A stretch of DNA of 64,000 nt. It comes from Ylistrum balloti. Lineage: Eukaryota. The notes under the pieces are model-generated. The model saw nothing but the letters and a program-made list of their open reading frames with translations, searched no databases and had not been told where the DNA came from. Location of the stretch: the NCBI RefSeq assembly GCF_031769215.1, contig NW_026782484.1, forward strand, positions 744,001 through 808,000, written 5' to 3'. The position numbers were made by a program, and so were the translations under genes. Below, in pieces: positions 49,001 through 63,000 of the stretch. The first letter of the stretch is position 1; each line of letters opens with the position of its first letter.

Positions 49001-49825
49001 TATTTCAGTTGACTTTCATGGGTCAATTCACTATGCCATCATTCAGCTTTGGTTGTATTATCTACTGATGATCATGATATACAAAGTAAACACTGTCAAA
49101 GAGATGCTTGACAGGGAGAAAAACATGGTTGAAGAAGAGAGCACTTCTGTCTTCGAACTGCACATATTTAAGTTAAATTCACCATATTATTGTTTCTACA
49201 TAAACCACCTCTGTGACATAGTTTCCTAGGCTTGTATAAACATCTCTTCTATGAAAATTCAGAACTCTGGGGCACTTACAGTATAATGTTCCTTATAAAA
49301 AGAAATGACATGCAATGAATGTGATTTTTGTGGAGATAACAGCTGAGATATGGAGAGTTTAAAACATGAAATTTCTTGCCCTACCATCAGAAAATATTGA
49401 TAAAAGGATGCAAGTACCAAAAACTACAATAACAAATTCAACCAACTCACCAGAAATTGTGTCGTTTGAAAAGTTTCATTTCCAAGAACTCATTAGATTT
49501 GTTATCCATTTTCTGATGTGCTGATGATTTTTGCAGTCAGGAGTCACTCATATTTTGACATTTTCCTTAATTACATACAGTGAAATTTGAGTATAAAGCC
49601 AGATTTGCAGGTGCTTTTTACTACTTGATCAAGGGATAATGTTATTGTGTTTTGAAATATGCATCAGTATATCATGATTATACCATCACAAGTTAGTTTA
49701 CTTGCCACACTTGGATTTCAGGCAAAATACCTAGAATTGTTCTTTGAATATGTTTTTACCTTAAATATCTATTTACTAGGGTTTTGACTGGTAGATTCTC
49801 AACATTGTTTTAAACAGATAACACA

Positions 49826-50020
49826 ATGAGGCTAAGTCGGGTGTTCAGAGTACTGCAGCAGCACTGTATACCTTACAGAATGTGTATGGTGTCAGTTTGC
49901 GGTACTTTTGAAGCTGGCTGGATACATAAACATGGGACATTGATGGCCACAAAACACATGATCTCCTGCCAACACCTAACATTGCGGGGAATTCAGTCAT
50001 CATGTGTACATAATACAAAG
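49826..50020 (+). CDS. MTIF2: MTIF2 exon encoding a presequence-like N-terminus
   Basis: Acceptor at 49817; [25 protein letters not shown]|gtaata; Arg-rich with few acidic residues; phase 0 fits the next exon. Confidence 0.7.
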
Positions 50021-51053
50021 GTAATATTTCAAACTATTGTTGATGTTGAGATTCAGCAATAAATTATACTAACACTTAATGATGGTTTTAATTCTATGCC
50101 AGAACTGATATACCAATCTGATGACTACATCAGGGTTTATACAGACTGTTTGTATAAAGAAGGTTTACATATACAGATGGTTTATGTATACCGTGAGTTT
50201 ATGTTTACGTATACTGTGGGTTTATGTATACAGTGGGTTTATGTTTAGGTATACTGTAGGTTTATGTATACAGTGGGTTTATGTTTATGTATACTGTAGG
50301 TTTATGTATACAGTGGGTTTATGTTTATGTATACAGTAGGTTTATGTTTACGTATACTGTAGGTTTATGTATACAGTGGGTTTATGTTTATGTATACAGT
50401 GGGTTTATGTTTAGGTATACTGTGGGTTTATGTATACAGTGGGTTTATGTTTAGGTATACTGTAGGTTTATGTATACAGTGGGTTTATGTTTAGGTATAC
50501 TGTGGGTTTATGTATACAGTGGGTTTATGTTTAGGTATACTGTGGGTTTATGTATACAGTGGGTTTATGTTTACGTATACTGTGGGTTTATGTTTAGGTA
50601 TACTGTGGGTTTATGTTTATGTATACAGTGGGTTTATGTTTACGTATACTGTGGGTTTATGTATACAGTGGGTTTATGTTTAGGTATACTGTGGGTTTAT
50701 GTATACAGTGGGTTTATGTTTAGGTATACTGTGGGTTTATGTATACAGTGGGTTTATGTATACAGTGGGTTTTTATATACAGTGGGTTTATATATATACA
50801 GTGGGTTTTTATATACAGTGGGTTTATATATATACAGTGGGTTTTTATATACAGTGGGTTTATATATATACAGTGGGTTTTTATATACAGTGGGTTTATA
50901 TATATACAGTGGGTTTTTATATACAGTGGGTTTATATATATACAGTGGGTTTATATATTTACAGTGGGTACATGTATACTATGGGTTTATGTTTACAGAT
51001 GATTTTATTTATATATATATATATAATACAGAGGTTTATATATACATATGTTT

Positions 51054-51088
<35 letters not shown>

Positions 51089-54000
51089 GTAAGGGTGTGT
51101 GTGGAGTNNNNNNNNNNNNNNNNNNNNNNNNNNNNNNNNNNNNNNNNNNNNNNNNNNNNNNNNNNNNNNNNNNNNNNNNNNNNNNNNNNNNNNNNNNNNN
51201 NNNNNNNNNNNNNNNNNNNNNNNNNNNNNNNNNNNNNNNNNNNNNNNNNNNNNNNNNNNNNNNNNNNNNNNNNNNNNNNNNNNNNNNNCAGAGTGTTTAT
51301 ATATGCAGAGGATATATATACAAGAAAAATTTAACACTGGATTTCTTTTTTTGCCAATTTTTTGAAAGTTTTGAAAAATGTATGAATTCAGTTGAAGTTT
51401 ATTTAAATGGTGTGCAATGGCACTAAGGTCAGTAGAAAAGTTGGGCCAAGTAAAGTGTCTGAATGTTTTGCTGATGGAAAAAGTCACTTGTCAATTTAGC
51501 AGAGTGTGCACGAGCATTATCCTACAATTTCAACAATATGGTGTGCCAAAAAAATGGTACAGCAGTTGACAGAATCTTGTTAATGTAGCACCGGGCTGTC
51601 AGATTACTATTTATGGTAACCAGCAGGGTTTTGATTTAAAAGAAGTTCCTCTCAATACCATGACACTTTCACCACCCTATTGATCTCACTCATTGTTACA
51701 GTAATTGGGCATACGTTCACCATTGTGTCATCAAACTCTACCATGTCATTGTTACCTGCTGTCTTCCTTGACATGGTCTATCAGATTCCGTCTGAAAATA
51801 GAAGATGTCAAACCATTTCTCCATACAATTTCATGACAGGAAAGCCCACTAGCTAGCATACTCATCACCTCATGTCTTAGGTTATCAGAAAGCCTTGGCA
51901 TTTTTTGGTTTGCAAATGCTTGTTGTTCTAGCAATTTTCAGTATTGGAAATGCCTTTTGTCCTTATAAGAGACTAAGTGTGAAATCTATAGGTTGTTTGC
52001 ACACTGAAAAGCTTGTATCTAGTCAAGTGTAACACTATTTATTTTGAAAACATAAAATATTGCTTTTCCATTGGTCCGGATTGGTATATATAAACAATGT
52101 AATTACAGAGAGTTGATGTATACAGTATGTTTATTTTATAATTATTATTTAAATCCAAGTTTATCTGAACTATTTGGTACTGTGCTTTTGATTATAGTTT
52201 ATTGTTGTGGTTAAATCAATTATTATGCTGTTATTTTGTATTTACATGTATATATTTAATTTGTTTTGTTTTCTTGTTTTTGTTCTTGGTGGTAAAAACA
52301 ATCAGAGAAGAGGACCAAATGTGAAAAGAGCTCCAGTTGTATATGGAAGTAAAAAGTTTGTGCCAGATTCAATATTTGTAAAGGTGCCAATGGGAGTTTC
52401 AGTTGAAAAATTTGCATCACTGCTGAACATAGATGAAGGTATATTTGTTGACAATATAAGTATATGTGTTTGGGGGATTTAGCAAATTTCTTTTTCCCTG
52501 ACACTAGTCTATATCAAAAACAATGTTATACACTTTTTAAACAATGTTTGTACCTTTGATCAATGACAGTTAGCCAAATGAGTACATGTTCTACTTTTAT
52601 AAATGGAAATTCAAATGGCACAGTTGTAAATAAATATTGGCCTGCTGGGTCTGGCAGCAGGAAAGATTGACTCAGCTGTTGGAGTAGCATGAATGATTGA
52701 CTCAGCTGTTGGAGTAGCATGAAAGATTGGCTCAGCTGTTGGAGTAGCATGAAGGATTGGTTCAGCTGTTGGAGTAGCATGAAAGATTGGCTCAGCCAGT
52801 GGGGCAGTAAGAAAACCAAAGATTTGCCTGGTGGATGGGACAGCAGGAAAGATATTCCTGGTGGTTAGGGTGGCAGGAATGATAGGCCAAGGCCCAATGA
52901 GTTGGCCAGCAGGAAAATATGCCCTTCACATTGGTCAGCAGGAAAGACATGCTCAGTAGCTGGACAGCAAGAAAGATATGTCTAGTGGGTTGGGTAGCAT
53001 GAAAGATTGGCTCAGCTAGTGGGGCAGCAAGAAAGATATCCCCAGATGTTTGGGCAACAGATAGGATAAACCTATTAGTTTAGACAGGAGGAAAGATATG
53101 CATAGCAGTAGGGTAAGAAAGATATGCCTAGTGGATGGGGTAGCATGGAAGATTGGCCCAACCAGTGTGACAGCAAGAAAGATATGCCCAATGAATGGGG
53201 TAGAATGAAAGATTGGCTCAGCTAGTGGGGCATCAAGAAAGACTTGTCTGATGGATGGGGCAGCAGGAAAGATATTTCTGGTGGTTGGGGTGGCAGGAAT
53301 GATAGGCCCAGGCCCAATGGGTTGGCCAGCAGGAAGATATGTGCAGCAGCAGATTGGCCAGCAGGAAATGTTGACTTGGAAGATGGGGCAGCAGGAATGA
53401 TTGGTTGGGCAGGTGGGGCAGAAGGAAAGATATGTCCAATGGATGGGGCAGTAGGAAAAATATACCTTGTGGGTGAGGTAGGTGAGGTAGATTGCAGAGT
53501 TTCAAGCTAAGACTGTTTTCCACGGATATACAATAAATACTGCCAAGTAAATATAAGTATCTAAATATTTCTTTGTTTCTTTTTTCAGGTACAATACAAC
53601 AATACTATAAGAAAGCTGTTGGTGGTCATGATTACGAAAAATTCAAATCAAGTATGTATATGTTAGAGTGAATGAATGTAGTATACAATTACTACTAATT
53701 GACAACCATTTAAAACAGGAAAATTGCTAGGAGGAATGGAGATGTTTTTACAAGTTTAAGGGAACATTGTTACAAGGAAGGGAGATTATTATAAAAAATC
53801 AGGGGAAATATTGTTACAAGAAATGGAGATGTTCCCACATGTTTAGAGGAATATTTGTACTGTACATTTAGATGTTCCCATAAGTTTAGAAGAATATTGT
53901 TACAGTATAATTGGATGTCCCTACAAGTTAAATAAAAGTAAACTAAGGAAGACAAAATAGGCCTTGGTGGATTGGATAATTTTCTCCTGGAGATTGTATT

Positions 54001-57000
54001 CTCAAGGGTTGATATCCCTTCATCCACCTGTATTTATAATTCTATTAAGAATTCATTTTCCTGATAAAAACTTGAATACACTATCATCAGAGCATGAAAT
54101 TTATTTTTCATTATATGTCTACACTAAAGAATTCTGTCCTTGGGAAGAATTCTACTGTGAAATAAAATGTTTTTGTGTACTTGACATTTTCTAGAGAAAT
54201 ATTGCCCTAACTTAGGATTCCTGTTATCTGTTATACAGAATTTGAAAACGAACCATCAGCTGGAGTAATGAAATCAATTGGTAAATTTGTCGGAGTGAAA
54301 GTGAATGTAGTAGAGAAAGCGCCAGCTAAGCAGATTACATACATTGAAGAGGAGCAGACCGAAAACAAAGATATATTACCATCGTATGTAAGCAATGTAC
54401 ATATTGTAGTATGTCCTGATCACACACTGACTAGTTCAGTAGGAATGTTAGTAGTCATGTTTGTCTGCTGCTTAGTAGACAGACTTACTCTGTAGGAAAG
54501 TTTTTAGTCATGTTTGTGTGTTTACTTACTTGATGACTAACTTTGATTGAATGTTTTAGTCATGTTTGTCTGTTTACTTACAAGTCAGACTTACTCTGTA
54601 GGAATGTTAGTAGTCCTGTTTGTGTGTGTCTACAGTATGTGTTTAAAGTATTGTTTAAACTTGCTGTGTTTCAGTCCACCCCCAGATCCTAGTGTATTAG
54701 TTGCACGATCTCCTGTTGTCACCATCATGGGCCACGTAGACCATGGTAAAACGTCGCTGCTAGATTCTCTCAGGAAATCCAATGTGGTGGAAAATGAATT
54801 TGGTGGCATAACTCAGCATATTGGAGCATTTTCTGGTTTGTTTCCAATGCTTGTTCTTATTCTCTTAAGCTCATTATTCTTATTTCTCAACACATTTTTA
54901 AGATTAAGCAAATGATCACCCTCCATATTATATGATATTACTATTGAATCTATTGTTTTGAAATATATCCTTCACGGGTCAATAGGTTTGATACTAGTAC
55001 ATTCATCAGATAATGATTAATCAGCAAGATTTTGACAATATTTCTACTACACACAGGGATTGATGTATTTGTGTGTGTGATATTATCTAAATAATGAACC
55101 ACCTGTGTGGTAGAATTGACATTTTAATTTCTGTTTTTTTGCTTTTAGTCAACCTGCCATCAGGAGAATCTATAACATTCCTGGACACTCCTGGACATGC
55201 TGCTTTTGCAGCCATGCGTGAACGAGGAGCAAATGTCACAGACATTGTCGTACTGGTGGTAGCAGCAGATGATGGTGTGATGGAACAGACCAAGCAGTCC
55301 ATTATATTTGCCAAAAATGCTGGAGGTATAACTCTATTCAGCTAAAACATCACTTACTGTGTTTTAAAAGAATATCATAACGAGAAAGGCACCATCAGAA
55401 ACCTCATACCTGAACGAATAATTTACTTACAACACTTTGTGCTAGATGAACAAAAAATTATCTCATAGAGAATTGTTCTTTTTACAATGTGTTTCCTTTT
55501 CTCATTTTCAGTTCCAATTATTGTAGCCATTAACAAGATAGATAAACCTGAAGCTGACATTGTAAGTATCTGCAATATACTATACAGCTGACATTACACA
55601 AATATTGATATCGACCAAATTCAGTTATTTGGAACAATAGAAATTTCACCCTTGTTCTTGAATTCACAAGAAATTTATTTTTCTCTTCATAAAATGGATC
55701 AATCAGATGCTGACAGTTGCACCTTCCAATCATTCTTCTCGAAATTTCAGTGAATTTTATTTTTGCTGACATTGTACCTGTACTGTAGTATACAGATGAC
55801 ATTGTACCTATACTGTAGTATACAGTTGACATTGTACCAGTACTGTAGTATACAGCTGACATTGTACCAGTACTGTAGTATACAGCTGACATTGTACCTA
55901 TACTGTAGTATACAGCTGACATTGTACCTATACTGTAGTATACAGATGACATTGTACCTATACTGTAGTATACAGCTGACATTGTACCAGTACTGTAGTA
56001 TACAGCTGACATTGTACCTATACTGTAGTATACAGCTGACATTGTACCTATACTGTAGTATACAGCTGACATTGTACCTGTACTGTAGTATACAGCTGAC
56101 ATTGTACCAGTACTGTAGTATACAGCTGACATTGTACCTGTACTGAAGTATACAGCTGACATTGTACCAGTACTGTAGTATACAGCTGACATTGTACCAG
56201 TACTGTAGTATACAGCTGACATTGTACCAGTACTGTAGTATACAGATGACATTGTACCAGTACTGTAGTATACAAATGACATTGTACCAGTACTGTAGTA
56301 TACAAATGACATTGTACCTATACTGTAGTATACAGCTGACATTGTACCTGTACTGTAGTATACAGCTGACATTGTACCAGTACTGTAGTATACAGCTGAC
56401 ATTGTACCTATACTGAAGTATACAGCTGACATTATACCAGTACTGTAGTATACAGCTGACATTGTACCAGTACTGTAGTATACAGCTGACATTGTACCAG
56501 TACTGTAGTATACAGATGACATTGTACCAGTACTGTAGTATACAAATAACATTGTACCTATACTGTAGTATACAGCTGACATTGTACCTGTACCGTAGTA
56601 TACAGCTGACATTGTAGCAGTACTGTAGTATACAGCTGATATTGTACCTGTACTGTAGTATACAGATGACATTGTACCTATACTGTAATATACAGCTGAC
56701 ATTGTACCTTTACTGTAGTATACAGCTGACATTGTACCTGTACTGTAGTATACAGCTGACAATGTACCTGTACTGTAGTATACAGCTGACATTGTAGCTG
56801 ACATTGTACCACTACTGTAGTATACAGCTGACATTGTACCAGTACTGTAGTATACAGCTGACATTGTACCTGTACTGTAGTATACAGCTGACATTGTACC
56901 TGTACTGTAGACAGCTGACATTGTACCAGTACTGTAGTATACAGCTGACATTGTACCTGTACTGTAGTATACAGATGACATTGTACCTGTACTGTAGTAT

Positions 57001-60000
57001 ACAGATGACATTGTACCAGTACTGTAGTATACAGCTGACATTGTACCTGTTCTGTAGTATACAGATGACATTGTACCTGTACTGTAGTATACAGATGACA
57101 TTGTACCTGTACTGTAGTATACAGCTGACATTGTACCTGTACTGTAGTATACAGCTGACATTGTACCTATACTGTAGTATACAGCTGACATTGTACCAGT
57201 ACTGTAGTATACAGCTGACATTGTATCTTAACTGTTGAAATAAGAAAATTGAACCTTACAGGAAAATACCAAACAAATGCTGTTACAACATGGAATCACT
57301 GTTGAAGACTACGGAGGAGATACACAAGCAGTTCCAGTGTCTGCTCTTAAGGTAATATTTCAAATACTTTTCTAAGGTACAACCGAGAACACAGGTGCAG
57401 AGGCCCTTTCACTCTGTTAAATATATCAACATACAGTGTTTTTAGCTCATCTGGCCCAAATTGCTATTTGTCATGAATAATTGGGGAGATTTTACAAAGG
57501 TTGGTCAGAAGCATCATTTGGGAAGAGTAACTAACTTTGTGTATACCTGAGCCTCAACCCCCTGGGGCAGAAGTGGCAGGGCCCTGTATAGCATAGATAG
57601 AGCAAATTCTATGAAATCCTACTCCTTCTGTAGGAATGATATGATTTTGCACCAATTCTCAACCTCCAGGGGCAGGACCTGTCAGTAAAAATAGAACATT
57701 TTTTTAATCCTTTTTTCATAAGGAATGGCAGAATTTTGTCTCAATTTGGTCTGAAGCATGAATTGGCTGAACCCCTAGGGAGAGAGTGTGAGGACCCAAT
57801 GAGAAAATAGATATGTTTTGTGTTTTCTGCTTGGATATTTAGAATTTAAAATTTATTCATTTGAGATTTGTATTGTCTGTGACCCTCCATCAGTTTAGCT
57901 GTGTATTGTCTGTTGATCACCCTTTTTTTCAACTTTTCTTTAAGTGAATGATACTTGCCAGAGATGATTTGTACTTGCAAATGGAAATCATTATGACTCA
58001 ACAAATCATCAACAATAAAAAGTGTTTGTGAAAAATACTGCATATTAAGTATACAATATAATATTCAACTCACATCGATGAAAATGATGAGGTTTATAGC
58101 TGTTTTTTATTTATAGCAATGTTAATTTATACAGGTCTGTTTTGGTGGAGATATAAATGAAGCCTTTTCTTCAAGGTAAATATACCATTGCTTTTCTATT
58201 GCAGGGTACAAACCTTGAAAAACTTCAGCAGGCAATACTCACAGAAGCAGAAATCATGGATCTTAAAGCTAGCCCAGCAGGGAAGGTCAGAGGTCGTGTC
58301 ATAGAGGCCAGTACTGATGTTGGTAGAGGGTAAGATTTCAGAAATTATATGTTGGAGAATGAAAAATCAAAGACTTTAATAATATTGAAGGTTACATTGA
58401 CCTTGAATAGTGGAATTGTTCCTGACCTGTACTTGGTGGGACTGTTCCTGACCCGTACTTGGTGGGACAGTTCCTGACCCGTACTTGGTGGGATTGTTCC
58501 TGACCCGTACTTGGTGGTGACCTGTACTTGGTGGGACTGTTCCTGACCCGTACTTGGTGGAACTGTTCCTGACCTGTACTTCGTGGGACTGTTACTGACC
58601 TGTACTTCGTGGGACTGATACATTCCAGACCTGTACAGGCTGTTCATAAATGGTTACATTCTTAGTATTACAATATGTACCCTAAATCACATGGGATGTA
58701 TTCTTTCAGTGTTGGGCAGATTGTTCTGTTTCATCTTGATTTGTTAATTTGCTATTTATAGAATGACAGCAGCATGTTTAAACATTCTAGGAGGTTGGTT
58801 ACTGCCATAATACAGAGTGGCACACTGAGGAAAGGAGACCTGCTGATAGCTGGGACAACCTGGGCCAAGGTCAGTCTCATTACTCTAAGGAATTCATTTC
58901 TTATGGAATTTCACTGAATATTACAAATAGTCAGTTTTTATTATGTTATTAGACCCTGAGGACTAGATCACCTATTGCTGTTATGGTTTGTCTGTTTGTG
59001 TGCTGTCAGTGAACTTTTCTTTGCAATTCTACTTCTACTGAACCTTTAGCAGATTCCAACCAAAATTGCTGTGAAACTTGTTTGGGAGATTGCAATCATT
59101 TCTTAGATAAATTAAAATAAATTTGTTCAACCACTTGGGGGTAGGGTCCAAAAAGGACAACTATTTCTTCAATTAATTATGTGCGTCCCTTTTAAACTTC
59201 ATAGCTTTCTTTCAGAATTTCTGTTATGTTTATACACAGCATTCTTTGTAAATGCAGCTCTTCCTAATGTTTATGTTACATGACAAGGAAACTATGGAAA
59301 AACAATCATTATGAAGTGAAGATTGGCATGTCGTGATTTCTTTGTATTATATAGAGGTTTAGAAAATCACCTTGCCTTCCATAAAAGTTTTTACAAAGAA
59401 ACTTTTCATTCATTTTATGAAAAACTACCACATTACTTTCGTGCACCTTCTTTTGAAAAGTCCTTAGCATAAAAACCAAACTTAGCACAGATGATGATTT
59501 TAAACTGCGGATGTGCATAACATATCATGGAGACATTGCATCTAATATTCTTATAATTATGCATCATTTTCCAAACTTGCGATACCTGTACTTTCAGAAT
59601 GCTTGTTAATTCTGATATAATCTGTGACACTAGGTTCGACAAATGTTTGATGAAAACAGAAAACCTTTAAAGGAAGCTCCGCCAGCAACACCTGTTGAGA
59701 TCACTGGCTGGAAGGAGTTACCATCTGCAGGATGTGAAATACTTCAGGGTTCATCAGAGGTAAGGAATTCATGCTGGTTCATAAGTATAGAAAATTAAGT
59801 CATTAAGATATAGGATAAGTTGCCTCAGACCTTGCTTGATTTACTGACTAATGTAACTTTCTACAATAACAAAGTCAACAACTTTTTATTTCTTCAGGGT
59901 TAACAACAGCTTCTGAGTAGGTTTTCATCAATTTATTCTGTAGTTTTTTACTGTTTCACCAGTTAATCAGCTTCTTCAGGACAAAATGCAATTTTTTTTA

Positions 60001-63000
60001 CCCCTAGGTACATAAAATGCAAGTATACAATTCAATTAATAGCTGATACAATGTTCCATTTTCCTATCTTGATTTTTGCGTTTCTGGATAGCAACTTCTG
60101 CATCCCCAACCTATGGTGTTGCAGTTGATTCCATAATCAAGAGCTTTTTCTAACATCACAGTTTTCCTGCAAGATGAATCATATTAAGAACAAACTCTTA
60201 ACACCAGGTTTTAGGAGATGCAGGTTGATTAGAATTATTACAGTCGTCATAGTGATCTCATTTAGAAATATTTTATTACATAGTGTGATATGAAGGTCGA
60301 TGCATTTGATGCTCATTAGTTTGCCTGTTGGTTCTGTTGTTGTATACCTTGTTCTTATTTGAGAAGGTGACATTACTTAATTGGATTGAGTTTACATGGC
60401 AGGTATTATCGATGAAGCAGAAGACACTTTGTCTTGCAGAACACCTGGTCTTATTCTCTGTGTACACTTGTCAGGAGTTTAAATGTAAATCTTTCTTTTG
60501 TTAATATTTTACGCTAGTTTTATCAAATTTTAGCTAAGTCTATGTTCACATGTCGGTATTTTCTTGGTGTTGTGACATGAGAAGCCTGCTAGGAAGCTGT
60601 TGTGATTGTATACCCTGATTTCACCACACTATGACCCAATCACCCTGCATACCATTGAGTATCCAGCTGAAGAGTAAAGGACATTCGGATTCACTCAAGT
60701 ACAGATTGACTTTGGCTTTATTCCTTGTATTTAACTTTTTATCTATGTAAATCAACTGTGTTTTATCTAATTGGGCAAGCAAAGTGAGCTGTTGTCACAT
60801 AGCCATTTTGTGACATGTATTGTCTATCTGTTGTCCTTCCACTGCCAAATTTGTCTCATTTGTAATGTAAAGTCATGAAAGCAAGACTACAGTTCCAGTA
60901 GTGACAGCCTCAGTTTTTAACCAAACTTGATGTATAGTTTTATCACATAAATTTTACATCCAGTAAGTATGCCGAGAAGCTGGACATAAAAGTTTCTAAA
61001 AAGTTGAAGTGCTTTTCAAAACAAACCAGGATTAGAGTCATATGGTAGTATAAATATATATTTCATGAATTTAATTTTTTTGTGTATACTATTGACAAAA
61101 ACTACAGATTTTGAGAAATGCCTATAAAGTCTTCATTAGTTTATTAAGTTATATTGAAACATTTACTGTAAAGCATCAGAATAGTTTCCCTCTCAGTCCA
61201 TAGGAAGAGTGATGTTTTGGTGTAAAAATGTCTTATTTGTGTGAATTTCAAGAGCTGAAGAATTTTTGAAATTTTCATTTTATGTTTTACTAACAGCATT
61301 TGCTGATCTATCTCCATCCTGCTCTCATGTTTCGTCTGTCACTGTGTGTACACTTTCCATTCAAATGACTTTTCAATAACCAAAAGGCGAAGGGTTCTGA
61401 TATAAGGCCTATAGCCACCTTGGGTGAACGGCTATCAATGTTATTCAAATGAATGACCTTGACCCACTTTCAATGTAACAGGGCTCAAAAGTGTTAAACA
61501 ATTTCTTCTTATCAGCCATAAGGCCCAGAGTGCTGATATAAGCTATCAAATCCTGTTAATTTGACATATCAGATGTTTCCAGGATTGTTATTAGCTCACC
61601 GGGTCTGATGGACCAATGAGCTTATGCCATAGAGCAAGCATCCTTCCATATACTGATATGTCCCTCCATCTGTCCAATTTTTGCTATAAATCGCAACTTG
61701 TTGTTAATGACTCAGTGGATTTTGAACAAATTTTGTCAGAAGCATAAGAAGAGGAGTAAATTTTGTACAAACAATTGGTCACAGCTCCCTGGGCTGGAGG
61801 GGCAGGACCCAATCAGGGAAATAAAACAATTGCTTAAAAATCCTATTCTTCCTGTAGGAATAATTGGATTTTGCCCAAATTTGGTCTGAAATATTAATTG
61901 GTGAATGGGAATCAATTTTGTATAAACGGTGGGTCTTGGGCCCACCATGAGTGTCAGGGGTGGGGCCCTATAGGGGAAAAAGAGCAAATTCTTTTAAATT
62001 TGTATATCTGTGTAGGAACACTAGGATTATGTCCCAATTTATGGTCTGATTCATCCTTGGATGAAGATAATTAATTTCATATAAATGGTGCTTCTCAACT
62101 CCTAGAGATGGGAGGGGCAGGGCCTAATAAGGACAACACAGCAAATTCTTCAAAAATTCTTTGAATGACTGGGTTCTGGTCAAATTGGTCAAGAGCAACC
62201 TCACGTGAAGGGGGGATTCAGTTTTAGGTCACCTGAGACAAAGACTCATCATGCTGACCTATAAAGAGTGATCATCTTTCTCAAGCATCATGCGTCCGTA
62301 AACAATTTAACATTTTAGACTTCTCAAGAACCCCTGAACTAATTTCAGTAAAATATTGCGGAAACCTTCCCTGGCCTAAGTTGAACCAAAAGATTGAACT
62401 ATATGGTCCCCACCCCACACAGGCTTGAGGGGTGGGGCTTGTAGTGTCAAATTAACTCAAATTAATGAAATCTTCTGAACATTCAGATATGATAGTTTGA
62501 AATGCTTCTCATTGATGTACTTTACCAAAATTATGAATTTCATGGCCTCGGGGTGTCACATTTCTCCGTAGGGTTTACTGGCTTACTACAATCAATGTCA
62601 CAATTTCTTTATTCATGACAATTGAAACTACTTACTTATCTGCTAAACATTATATTCAATATTGCTTATCTCAGGTTACCATCAAGGTTGCTAGGCTTCT
62701 TGTTATAAATACTGAGTCTCACCTAGCTTGGAAGGAAGGGCAAATAGATGAAATGAGCAAATTATCTAAAACTGTTCTTATTCAGTAGGATTGATTGAAT
62801 CTTGTCCAAATTTGGATTTGGGTCTGAATCATCCTTTGGTGAAGTGAACTGAATTTTGAATAATTGATGCATCTTACACCTTCATTGGTGGGGAGGAGGT
62901 GGTCTAAAAGAGGGAGTTGTTTTAATGCTTTTTCTATTAGTTTATATGTTGCAATCCTTTAATATCATTTTTATCATATGAAGGTGTCTCTTCTTTCTTT

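Noticed and set aside
54384-54393. Alternative donor GTAAGC at 54388 for the MTIF2 exon starting at 54239
   Set aside because: It gives phase 0, but the next exon (54675) requires phase 2, which the 54384 donor supplies.
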